From: Gammaproteobacteria bacterium
GTDB taxonomy: Bacteria; Pseudomonadota; Gammaproteobacteria; Steroidobacterales; Rariloculaceae
Direction of reading: 5' to 3'
DNA: 64,000 bases
NCBI GenBank assembly: GCA_036381015.1
Contig: DASVDR010000015.1
Coordinates: 16,675-80,674 of the forward strand
Both the position numbers and the translations under genes were made by a program. A model generated the notes under the pieces. The model was not told the DNA's origin and ran no database searches. It was given only the letters and a program-made list of their open reading frames with translations. Position 1 is the first letter of the stretch. The number at the start of each line of letters is the position of its first letter. Of this stretch, positions 46,973-55,829 are shown in pieces.

Positions 46973-48901
46973 TCACGTTCCTCGTGGACGAACGCGAACC
47001 CCGAGCCGCTGACGAACTTCTTCGCGCACGTCGAACTCCACCTCAGCCTCGATCTCGAGGGTCACGACGATCGCGAAACGAATGTCGAGATCCGGGTCCA
47101 AATTTCCCGTTCCATCCTTGCACTGCACTCTTATCGGCATGGTCGCGTGCTCGTCATACGTCGGCGTTGTCCTACTATCTGCAACAAGTCTGCGCGACCA
47201 AACGGTTCCATGACCGATCATGTTGTTGCCTGGCCCAACAGACTTAAGTTTGAGGTACCAGCCGTCATCGCGTTCTTCATCTACTTCGCCGTCGTGTCCA
47301 GCTGCCACGGCTTCGAGTGCAGCCATCCGATACCGCGCGCGCGTTAGGGTGACTGGCGAAAACCAGGCGATCGTAACGCGCAGCGACCTAGGTACTTTGC
47401 GCGCCGACAGCGACGGCGGGAGCGGTACGTCGAATATCTTCGCTTGATCGAGCCTCACGTCACCCAATCCCACAAGCGTCACGCCGGTTTTAGGGGCCTC
47501 TATCATCATTTCAGGAGCTAGGACGCCGTACCCGTAACGGCGAGCGACTTCCGCTTTCGCGCGGCGGTGCTGATGAAGGCCTAGCCTCGCGTACTCGGCG
47601 GCATAAAGGCGCTCCGCACTTTCTGGCCACTTCGATGCATTCACGGCCAACGCGCGTGTTAGAAGGGCGACGTCGCGTCGCGACAACTCAATGCCCTCAT
47701 ACGGGCCACCCTCTTCGGTGAGAGCCTCCGCGCATTGGAGAAGGGCGCGCGTAGTCAAAGCTGCCGCACAGCTTGTGCCGCAAGTCCTTTGAAAGGGAAC
47801 GCGCAACGCCAGGTTTGGCGAAGCCACGTGCAACCCCGTGCGCTGTGAGGGGGACAATACGCGCAAACGGGTGCTCTGCCGCGAGGGATACACGCGGACT
47901 TCATGCACTCCCCCAACAGTCAAGAAGTCGGGTTTGATTGCTCCGAACGGTCCGAGCCCCATAGCGCTGGACACGGCAGGTAGATCGTCGTCGTCCGTAT
48001 CGATGCGCAGGATTCCGGCAACCATTGGTGGATTACCGGGAGCCAGATCACACGAGACCGCACCAACGGTTAGGGCATTTAGGGCCTCGCCTGGCGCAAG
48101 AAGAGACCTTTCATAGACAGTTTCGCGCAAAAAGGCGTCGACGACCGCCCTCCGTTCTTCTACGGTTGCGGTTTCGAAATCGGCGTGGTGGTATGCGAGA
48201 AGAAGTTCTTCGCTGACGTTGCCCGCGGAAATAACAAACAGCACGCCTTCTTTTGCCGACCACCAGTCTATTAGACGCGCCAGCGAGCTAATGCGCCCGG
48301 CGAACCGTGACTGGAAAACGCCAATTGCTAGATTTACAACAAAAACATCTGGCGCATATGCCTCCGCACCGGAGAAGATCCGAACCAACGCGACGTGGAT
48401 CAAATCGACGAGCAGCCGGTCCCGAGGTGACCGCTCGTCACCATCAGCGTGGACCAGCAACGGCACGCTCACGATCCGCGACTCACGCAAGGGCGCTCCA
48501 TCCGCCACTAGATCACCCCTCAGGATCAGCGACGCCATGCTCGTGGCGTGGTAGCGCTGTTCAACTGGGGTCATTGGAACCAGTCCGTGCACGTCCTCGA
48601 TTACGACGCCGCCGGCCAAACTAGGGTGAGCTGCCACAGGGGTACCGTCGAACAGCGCGGCCCGCAGAGGCCCATCGGGATTCGGTAGCAGCTCAGTCGC
48701 GTATTCGTTGGGCGGTCCATCGTCTGCTCGCGGAGCGAGGCCGATTGTCTGGGGCAGAATGAACTGAATCCCGTCTAGGATGGCAAGGCCACTGACGTCA
48801 AACGGGTCGTCGATGAGCGCACGAGTCACCCGAGCGCTCAGCCCAACGAGCAATGCGTCATACACAAAGTCATCGGCAACGATAGAGCTACGATCCACCA
48901 C
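46973..48901 (-). CDS. S8 family (subtilase) serine peptidase domain, IetS-like; 3' segment of a split gene
   Basis: 642-aa ORF. Asp block AALFDGTPVAAHPSL, His block YHATSMASLIL, oxyanion/Asn blocks VVNLAIG and FVISAGN, Ser block CGTSCAAALTT. The long C-terminal extension ends WFSPVTLTRARYRMAALE.... Confidence 0.85.
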   Translation of the reverse strand: MVDRSSIVADDFVYDALLVGLSARVTRALIDDPFDVSGLAILDGIQFILPQTIGLAPRADDGPPNEYATELLPNPDGPLRAALFDGTPVAAHPSLAGGVVIEDVHGLVPMTPVEQRYHATSMASLILRGDLVADGAPLRESRIVSVPLLVHADGDERSPRDRLLVDLIHVALVRIFSGAEAYAPDVFVVNLAIGVFQSRFAGRISSLARLIDWWSAKEGVLFVISAGNVSEELLLAYHHADFETATVEERRAVVDAFLRETVYERSLLAPGEALNALTVGAVSCDLAPGNPPMVAGILRIDTDDDDLPAVSSAMGLGPFGAIKPDFLTVGGVHEVRVYPSRQSTRLRVLSPSQRTGLHVASPNLALRVPFQRTCGTSCAAALTTRALLQCAEALTEEGGPYEGIELSRRDVALLTRALAVNASKWPESAERLYAAEYARLGLHQHRRAKAEVARRYGYGVLAPEMMIEAPKTGVTLVGLGDVRLDQAKIFDVPLPPSLSARKVPRSLRVTIAWFSPVTLTRARYRMAALEAVAAGHDGEVDEERDDGWYLKLKSVGPGNNMIGHGTVWSRRLVADSRTTPTYDEHATMPIRVQCKDGTGNLDPDLDIRFAIVVTLEIEAEVEFDVREEVRQRLGVRVRPRGT

Positions 48902-49581
48902 GCGCCCGCCCAGCTGGCGTACTCTCTCCTCCGTCTCTGCTCGCCATGCCGCTCTCTTTTGTGGGCTGTGCGGGGAACCACTTCTAGCTCGAGAAGTACT
49001 TCCTCATCGTCGTCTAGAGGGAGTCGATCGCGCAGCGCCGCTCGCACTCCTTCAGGAAATCGATCTTGCGGACCCCACGGTCGCAATTCGATCAGAAGAT
49101 CGAAGAGATTCCACCACGGCGTCAAACCGTGCGGCGCGTCGTCACCACGCTGGTATGCGCGCCACATGCCGAGCATGTCTCTGAAAGCCTCGATTGTCGG
49201 GATGGTCGCGTATAGAGTTGGCGTCAGCGTCTCAGTACCCTTGGCTGGTAAGAAATCTTCGCTCGGTCCAATCGGGTCGCGCTCCATCTCCAAGACAATT
49301 TCGAGCCCGGCGGCGCGGGCGACTCGAGCGAAGTTCTGAATTGCGGCCGCCGTGACGAATACGAGTGCTCGCTCTGGCGCAATGCCGTTAGGGTCTCGAC
49401 GAAGCTCGACCGCTGGATCGTCTGTCGTCAGTGCCTGAGCTAGCCGGTCGAACGCTCGTCGGAAGCGCTGTCCCTGCCTTTCCCTCCCCGGACCCTTTGC
49501 ACGGGGGATTTTCCGTGGTGCCCCGGTCTGCCGCTGCGCATTACGTGGATTGGCTAGTCGAAGGATCGATCGCTCGGGCAT
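48838..49581 (-). CDS. N-terminal non-protease domain of the IetS-like peptidase (5' segment of split gene)
   Basis: ATG at 49581 (MPERSILRLANPR...ERALVFVTAAAIQNFARVARAAGLEIVLEME...LIELRPWGPQDRF...LLELEVVPRTAHK). The S8 frame is open upstream to 49003 and reads ...QKRAAWRAETEERVRQLGGRVVDRSSIVADDFVYDALL. One indel between 48841 and 49003 (A4 run at 48957-48960) would therefore fuse both ORFs. Confidence 0.6.
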   Translation of the reverse strand: MPERSILRLANPRNAQRQTGAPRKIPRAKGPGRERQGQRFRRAFDRLAQALTTDDPAVELRRDPNGIAPERALVFVTAAAIQNFARVARAAGLEIVLEMERDPIGPSEDFLPAKGTETLTPTLYATIPTIEAFRDMLGMWRAYQRGDDAPHGLTPWWNLFDLLIELRPWGPQDRFPEGVRAALRDRLPLDDDEEVLLELEVVPRTAHKRERHGEQRRRREYASWAGAWWIVALSLPMTLCMTHCSLG

Positions 49582-50563
49582 CGTCGGTTGTGCTCTCAGG
49601 GCTGCTGGGCCGTTGGCGCCACACGCGCACACGATCGTCGATTACGGTGCGCAGTGAAACTGCTCCCTGATTCAACACCCAGCGCCGGTGAAGGTCCGAG
49701 AAGAAATTCTCAGCTTCGGAAAAACTTGTGAGACGCAGTACCGAACAAAGGCGCTTAGCGGTGTAACCGGGAGGTTCGGAAAACTCCTTTAGCCGCCCTG
49801 CGAAATAGGCTTGCAGCTGCTCGTTCGACGGACGATCGAGCTCAAGATGCAGTTGGAACCGCCGCCATGTGGCGCGATCGAGAAGCTCGGGATGGTTCGT
49901 TGCCGCTACAACGACACAGTACGAAGGCAGATCATCAAGCTGGAGCAGAAACGTAGTGACAACTCGCTTTATCTCTCCGGTCTCGTGGATGTCACCTCTT
50001 TCCTTCGCGATCGCGTCGAATTCATCGAAAAATAGAACGCATGGCTGCATTTGAACGAAATCGAACAACTTCCGAAGGCGTTGCGCGGTCTCGCCCAGAT
50101 AACTGGTCACGACGGCGTCATACCGCACGACGAAGAATGGCAACGACAGTTCATATGCCAGGCATTCGGCGAGGGACGTCTTTCCGTTCCCAGGAGGACC
50201 CGACAGAAGCACCCGATGACGAGGCTCCAGGCCGTGTGCCCGAAGAACATCGGCGCGCCTCTGTTCTTCAATTAGTTCATCGCAGGCTGAACGAACTTGT
50301 GTCGCGAGGTGCAGCAATGCTAGTGGCCTACACGGCTCGCGGCGAACGATTCCCGTGCTGCCGTCACTGCGTGGCACGCGACGCAAGGCGTTCCCGTTCG
50401 ATGTGGATGCCGATTCAAGAGCCCGCGCAATTCGATCCGCTACACCATCATGCTTCTTTGCCCTCTCATCGGCGGCGATCGCGGCGGCTACCGTGCGCAG
50501 TCGGTCCGTGTCGCCTTTGACGCCAGCGCGCACGAGGTCGATCAAAAGGTCACTTCTCGTCAT
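49541..50563 (-). CDS. AAA+ ATPase, IetA-like
   Basis: 340 aa. Walker A LSGPPGNGKTS, Walker B CVLFFDEFDAI, sensor-1 VVVAATNHPELLD. Classical-clade AAA features with a ~110-aa N-terminal helical region. The 3' end overlaps the start of the peptidase gene. Confidence 0.85.
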   Translation of the reverse strand: MTRSDLLIDLVRAGVKGDTDRLRTVAAAIAADERAKKHDGVADRIARALESASTSNGNALRRVPRSDGSTGIVRREPCRPLALLHLATQVRSACDELIEEQRRADVLRAHGLEPRHRVLLSGPPGNGKTSLAECLAYELSLPFFVVRYDAVVTSYLGETAQRLRKLFDFVQMQPCVLFFDEFDAIAKERGDIHETGEIKRVVTTFLLQLDDLPSYCVVVAATNHPELLDRATWRRFQLHLELDRPSNEQLQAYFAGRLKEFSEPPGYTAKRLCSVLRLTSFSEAENFFSDLHRRWVLNQGAVSLRTVIDDRVRVWRQRPSSPESTTDDARAIDPSTSQST

Positions 50564-51359
50564 GCCGTCGATCCACCGGGGGCAGCCATCCTATCCCACG
50601 GCATAGTACGCGGATTACCGTTTTTTTGCGCGGCAAACCGGAAATTCGGCACGGATGCGTGGTTCCGGCGCACGGTTTCTCGGAATTGGCCAGGGCCGCC
50701 GCGCCGACTCGGCCGCGCGCGCTCGTCGGCTCTCGGCTGGGACTAGAGTGCAACCCCAGGCTGGCGGGCTCCGCGCCCCGGCCGAGGTGCTCGAGAATCC
50801 GCTCGATCGTCGTGAGCTCCTCGATGCTGGCAATCACACGAAGGCGGCCGCCGCAGCGCCGGCACGTCTCGATCTCGATGGCGAATACCCGCTTGAGGCG
50901 CTGCGCCCAAGTCAGGGCCCGTAGCCGGTCGGTGACGGATGCCTCGCCGCACTCACTGGCGAGGGCGGCGCGCGTTCTGGGCACAACCAGGGCCCGATCC
51001 GGGCTCGCCGGCGCAAACACCCCGTGATAGCGGATCAGGTGCGCGCGGGGCTTCGGCACGAGTGCGGCAAGGCGCGCGATAAAGTCCTCGGGCTCGAAGA
51101 TGACGTGCGTCGTACCGTCACGATAGGGCGTCTTCAATGCAGAGCGCACATTTCCGCCCTCGGTCAGCGACAGCCGCTCGGTGGCCACCGGTGGCCTTGC
51201 AACGTAGCACGCCAGGCGCTCGAGCTTGTCACGTTGCGAGGCCTTCGCGGCGATGCCCGTTCGCAATCCGTTGACGCGAATGTCCTCGTACCCCGTGCCC
51301 GGAACGTCAAACCGATCCCGGCGAGCGTGAAGCCGGACGCTCGTGCTCGTTTCACGCAA
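50550..51359 (-). mobile_element. 5'-truncated IS91-family (rolling-circle Y1/HUH) transposase gene remnant (contains repeat copy B at 51076-51195)
   Basis: Reads ...NGLRTGIAAKASQRDKLERLACYVARPPVATERLSLTEGGNVRSALKTPYRDGTTHVIFEPEDFIARLAALVPKPRAHLIRYHGVFAPAS...LTWAQRLKRVFAIEIETCRRCGGRLRVIASIEE...ILEHLG. This is the conserved C-terminal third of IS91/ISCR transposases. The catalytic N-terminal two thirds are absent. Confidence 0.75.
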
Positions 51360-51454
51360 TCGTCACGAACAATTAACGCGCTCTTCATGCATCGCCGCGG
51401 CGTGGCCCGTAGCGTATCGGCCGCTCGATCCCATCACCGCGCTGGAGAACCACC

Positions 51455-51832
51455 ATGAACGCTCGCCTCGATGCATCGAAACTCGTCTTCGGCTTCTTCG
51501 CATTCGCCGTGCTCGCAATCGCTCCGCGCTACGCGTTGACCGACGCGCCGCCCCCGCGCGGTCCGCAGATCGCGGTCTCCTACGCCGACCTGAACATGGC
51601 CTCCGCATCCGGTGTGCAGGCCTTGTACCGGCGCATCCAGCGGGCAGGCGACAGAGTGTGCGGGCCGCGGCCCGCGAACGCCGATCTCAGGCGGTTTGCC
51701 GCGTGGAACGGCTGCCGCGACGACGCGATCGCAGGCGCCGTCGGAGCCGTGAATCATCCGATGTTGACCGCCCTTCACCAGGGCAGGTCACCGGCCGCCG
51801 TGCTGGCCGGTGCGAGCGTGCCGCCGAAGTAG
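51455..51832 (+). CDS. UrcA family protein
   Basis: 125 aa with a signal/TM, then QIAVSYADLNMASASGVQALYRRIQRAGDRVCG, matching the UrcA signature as I recall it. Confidence 0.65.
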   Translation: MNARLDASKLVFGFFAFAVLAIAPRYALTDAPPPRGPQIAVSYADLNMASASGVQALYRRIQRAGDRVCGPRPANADLRRFAAWNGCRDDAIAGAVGAVNHPMLTALHQGRSPAAVLAGASVPPK

Positions 51833-52018
51833 GCTTCCGTTCGAGCGCCGCCCGGCGCACGATGCCGGGCGGCTGCCCGCCTCGGCGCTGCGTGCGTCGC
51901 AGCGATCTGCGGAGCTCACACGCCCGTAGTCACCGCCGCTTTTCTTTTGCGCACCTCGTCGTAACATCGTGGGTCCCTCCGCCTCCGAACTTCAGCGCCG
52001 AGCGAGGCGGCGCTGGGC

Positions 52019-53950
52019 ATGGCACCCGAGGACGCAGGCCGAAGCAGACCGGAAGTGTCAGGCTACCGGGTCGCCGATCTGGTAATCGATGTCGGCCGGC
52101 AATCGGTCGCCCGGGGCGACACCGAGATCAAGCTCTCCCCGCGCTCGTTCGCGTTGCTGCTGGCGCTCGTGCGCGCCGCGCCGGATGTGCTGTCGGTCGA
52201 GCAACTGATGGAGCGCGCCTGGCCGGGTGTCGTCGTCGGCCCGGAGACCGTGAGCCAGCGCGTCAGAATCATCCGCGAGGCGCTGGGCGATTCGGCCCGA
52301 GCGCCGCGCTACATCGCCGGAGTCCGGGGGCGCGGCTATCGTCTGGCGGCTCCGGTTGTCGCTTGCGCGCCGCGCCGGCCGCGAGGCGACGCGAGCGCGG
52401 CCGGCGTTTCCCGATGGCCGAGTCGGTCGGCTTGGATCGCAGGCGCGGCGATCGTTCTCCTCGTCGCGGGAGCGGCCGGGTGGTGGAACGTCAGAACGGC
52501 CGGCGTTCCCGCCGGATCGGCGCCCGAAGCGGCCGCGGTGCGTGCGTCGATCGCCGTGCTGCCGTTCACCGACCTGAGCCGGGAGCACGACCAGGAATAC
52601 TTCTCCGACGGCCTCGCCGAAGAGCTCGTCAACCTGCTGGCCCAATCGCCGGGGCTGCGGGTGATCGCGCGCACGTCGTCGTTCTCCTTCAAGTCAAAGG
52701 ACTTGGATGTCGCGACGATCGCCCGGCTGCTGAACGTGACGCACGTGCTCGAGGGGAGCGTGCGCAAGTCGGGGCATCAGATCCGCGTCACCGTCCAGCT
52801 CGTCGACGCGTCCAACAGCGCGCAGGTCTGGGCGGATACCTACGAGGGCGGGCTCGACGACATCTTCGCCGTCCAGGAACGCGTCGCCGCGTCGGTGGCG
52901 AACGCGTTGCAGGTGAGGCTCGACCTCGAACGGCCCCGCGCTGCGACGCCGGCCGAGGCGCACGCGTACGAGCGCTATCTCAAAGCGCGCTTCTTTTACT
53001 ATCGGCGCGCGTCGGGCGACGTCGAGAGAGCGAAGAAATACTACCTTCGAGCGCTCGAGCTCGCGCCCGGCGACGCGAGAGCGTGGGCGGGCCTCGCCGC
53101 AGTTTACGGGCTCGAGTTCGCGCGGGGCGGCCCCGGAAGGGCGCAAGCGCTCGCGAAGCAACGAGAAGCCGCGCAGAAGGCGCTGGCGCTCGACCCGGAG
53201 CTGCCGGAAGCGCATTCGCGGCTCGGCGACTATTTCGAAAACGCGGGAGATTCGAGCGCCGCCAAGCGTGAGCACCACCGCGCTCTGGCGCTCGATCCGA
53301 ACGATCCGCTGGCGTTGTCCGTTGCGGCCGGCAATGCCGCCCAGGAGGGCCGACTCGCGGAGGCCATCGAGCTGCAGGAGCGTGCGGTGGCGCTCGATCC
53401 GGCCGCCTATGTCTATCAGTCCAATCTCGGCGCCTATCTGGCGGCCGCAGGACGCTTCGAAGAGGCTAGGGCAGCGCTACTGGAGGCGCTGGAATTGAAT
53501 CCGGCGCCGACCGCGACGGATGCCGCCGGCGGCATCGGCCTCGAAGCCACGTTCGCTCAGGTTCTGCTTCTGCTCGGGCAGGTGGACGAGGCCGAGGCCG
53601 TGGTCGAGCACACCCCGCCGGGGCCGGACCGGGAACAAGGCCTGGCGCTGATCGAGCATGCCCGCGGGCGGCACCAGAGCGCGCGCGCCGCTCTCCGAAG
53701 GCTCGCCGCCGATTACGACGAGATCGACGCGATTCGGCTCGCCGAGGTGTACGCCTACTGGGGAGAGGTCGACAGGGCCTTCGATTGGCTCGAGGCGGGA
53801 CAGGAGCGGATTCGCAGCGACGCGGCGTCATCGGCGGACTACGCCCACATACGGTGGGGCGATTACCGGATTTCGATGCTGCTTTCGCCGTTGCTTCGAC
53901 CGCTGCGCGGCAATCCGCGCTGGGAAAGGTTGGTCGAGAACGCCGCGTAG
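52019..53950 (+). CDS. CadC/OmpR-type winged-helix transcriptional regulator with TM, TolB-like and TPR domains
   Basis: N-terminal trans_reg_C block (IKLSPRSFALLLALV...VLSVEQLMERAWPGVVVGPETVSQRVRIIREAL...YIAGVRGRGYRL). One TM (WIAGAAIVLLVAGAAGWW). Block SIAVLPFTDLS. C-terminal TPR repeats. Confidence 0.8.
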   Translation: MAPEDAGRSRPEVSGYRVADLVIDVGRQSVARGDTEIKLSPRSFALLLALVRAAPDVLSVEQLMERAWPGVVVGPETVSQRVRIIREALGDSARAPRYIAGVRGRGYRLAAPVVACAPRRPRGDASAAGVSRWPSRSAWIAGAAIVLLVAGAAGWWNVRTAGVPAGSAPEAAAVRASIAVLPFTDLSREHDQEYFSDGLAEELVNLLAQSPGLRVIARTSSFSFKSKDLDVATIARLLNVTHVLEGSVRKSGHQIRVTVQLVDASNSAQVWADTYEGGLDDIFAVQERVAASVANALQVRLDLERPRAATPAEAHAYERYLKARFFYYRRASGDVERAKKYYLRALELAPGDARAWAGLAAVYGLEFARGGPGRAQALAKQREAAQKALALDPELPEAHSRLGDYFENAGDSSAAKREHHRALALDPNDPLALSVAAGNAAQEGRLAEAIELQERAVALDPAAYVYQSNLGAYLAAAGRFEEARAALLEALELNPAPTATDAAGGIGLEATFAQVLLLLGQVDEAEAVVEHTPPGPDREQGLALIEHARGRHQSARAALRRLAADYDEIDAIRLAEVYAYWGEVDRAFDWLEAGQERIRSDAASSADYAHIRWGDYRISMLLSPLLRPLRGNPRWERLVENAA

Positions 53951-54007
53951 CTCCGCAAGCCCACGCCGCGGCCGGCCGAGCATAAGCTTGCGGCGTTGGT
54001 CCTCCGA

Positions 54008-55696
54008 TTACTCGCAGCGGAAGCTCGCCGCGGACTCGAGATCGCCCGTGCCGTCGTAGCGCGCGACCTGGGGCCAGTCGCAAAGCGGCCGCGAGCGCGT
54101 CGGGCTCCAGCCTTCGGGCAGCTCCGGGTTGTCGGCGCGGACGACGGCGGTCACGTTCTCGGGCGCCTCACCTTGCTCGACCCAGTCGACTAGCACGCTG
54201 AACAGGTCGAATCGGTCCGTGGCCGGGCCGCCGCTGCAATGCCCCATGCCCGGCACGGGATAAAAGCGCGCGAAGTCGCTGACGTCGCCGCCGTTGTTGG
54301 CGCGCAGCTTTTCGTACCAGTCGATCGTCGCCTTGATCGAAAACGCGCCGTCGCTCGCGCCGTGATAGACGATGAGCTTGCCGCCTTCGGCCTGGAGCTC
54401 CGCGAGCTTCGGATCGCGCCAGTCGGTCGGCGCCATCAGGTCCATCGCGGAAACGGGGAACGCGTCCGTCGTTGCCAAGATCTTCGGCGCGTCGCGCCCG
54501 AAATCGAACGCCCGAAGGTAGCCGAGCAGGCTCGCGGCGGTGCCCTCGAGCCGCGTCGGCGGAGTCGTGAAGACGTGCGCGAGCGAGCCGGCGCCGAGCG
54601 TGGCGATGAGCGGCAGGCCGCCGAGGTCGGAGATCGGGCTTTCGAGCTTCCACGCGCGCCAGCCTTCGGAGCCCAGCCCGCCGTCGTACCACCAGGAGGC
54701 GTAAAGCTCGCGGCCGTCCGCGTCGTGCGGCCCGCCGAACGAGCGCCGGAGCGCCTCGACCTGCTTCGCGTCGAGACAGCTGTCGGGGCCGCCGTCGCGG
54801 CAAACGAGCCGCTCGACGTCGAACTGCCGTTGGCATTCGGCGAGTGCGCCGACGATGCCGTCCGCGGCGCCGTCGAGCGCATCGCATTGCGCGAGGACCG
54901 ATTCGCTCACGATTCGCATGTCTTCGCGGGAGAACGCGCGGCGGATGTCGTCGCCGACGAGCTCGAAGCTCTGCACGTCCCACGGGTGTTGCAGCGCCGC
55001 CATCGGCAGGTTGAAGCCCGGCGCGCCGGCGAGGAACCCGTCGAACTCGTCTGCAAGCCGCGTGGCACCGACGAACGCATGACGGCCGCCGTTCGAGCAG
55101 CCCACCATGTAGGAGTACTGCGGTCGCCGGCCGTAGTAGCGCTCGATGATCGTCTTCGCGATCGGAGTCAGCGTGACGTTCGCCGCGTACCCGTAGTCGG
55201 CGCGGGCTTGGGGGTCGAAACCGAACAGGTTGCCGCCGACGAGACCGGCCTCGGGGTTGGCTTGCCCGTCGTGCCCGGAATCGGAGCTCAGCACCGCGTA
55301 GCCGCGCGCGAGGGCGTTGTCCGGCTGATTGCCGAGCAAGTTGCCGTAGGCCGGGACGACGGCGCCGTCGTTGCCGCCGTTCACCTGATGAAAGTAGCGG
55401 CCGTTCCATTGCTCGGGCAGGCGCATCTCGAAGCCGATCGCGTAACGCTTGCCGTCGGTGCCCGTGCGCTCGTTGACGACGGCGCGCACGACGCAGTGCG
55501 GCCCGGCGCGCGGATCGTCGCGCACCGTCGTCGCGGAGAGGATCCGTGTGCCGGCGAGGCCGAGCCGCGCAAAGGCCTCGGCATCGCATGACATGGGCGC
55601 CTGCGCCGGTGCGGGCGGCGCAAACGCGGAAGCGGCGAGTGCTGCGATCGCACCGGAGATGGCCCTCCGTCGGACGGTGTATCGGCGTGTCGTCAT
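54008..55696 (-). CDS. tannase/feruloyl esterase family alpha/beta hydrolase
   Basis: ATG at 55696 (MTTRRYTVRRRAISGAIAALAASAFAPPAPAQA). Blocks LPEQWNGRYFHQVNGG, nucleophile VGCSNGGRH, PGMGHCSGG, and a terminal Cys-rich pattern. 562 aa. Confidence 0.85.
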   Translation of the reverse strand: MTTRRYTVRRRAISGAIAALAASAFAPPAPAQAPMSCDAEAFARLGLAGTRILSATTVRDDPRAGPHCVVRAVVNERTGTDGKRYAIGFEMRLPEQWNGRYFHQVNGGNDGAVVPAYGNLLGNQPDNALARGYAVLSSDSGHDGQANPEAGLVGGNLFGFDPQARADYGYAANVTLTPIAKTIIERYYGRRPQYSYMVGCSNGGRHAFVGATRLADEFDGFLAGAPGFNLPMAALQHPWDVQSFELVGDDIRRAFSREDMRIVSESVLAQCDALDGAADGIVGALAECQRQFDVERLVCRDGGPDSCLDAKQVEALRRSFGGPHDADGRELYASWWYDGGLGSEGWRAWKLESPISDLGGLPLIATLGAGSLAHVFTTPPTRLEGTAASLLGYLRAFDFGRDAPKILATTDAFPVSAMDLMAPTDWRDPKLAELQAEGGKLIVYHGASDGAFSIKATIDWYEKLRANNGGDVSDFARFYPVPGMGHCSGGPATDRFDLFSVLVDWVEQGEAPENVTAVVRADNPELPEGWSPTRSRPLCDWPQVARYDGTGDLESAASFRCE

Positions 55697-55829
55697 GGAT
55701 TCGCCCTCTCGCGTGATGGCGGGGAGCGTAGCCGCAGGATGCGCAATCGCGCAACTTGCGCGTCGTTGACGCCCAATCCCGATCATGCTGTAGTTGAAAC
55801 AGCGACATAGTTGCAGTGAGGCGGCGAAA

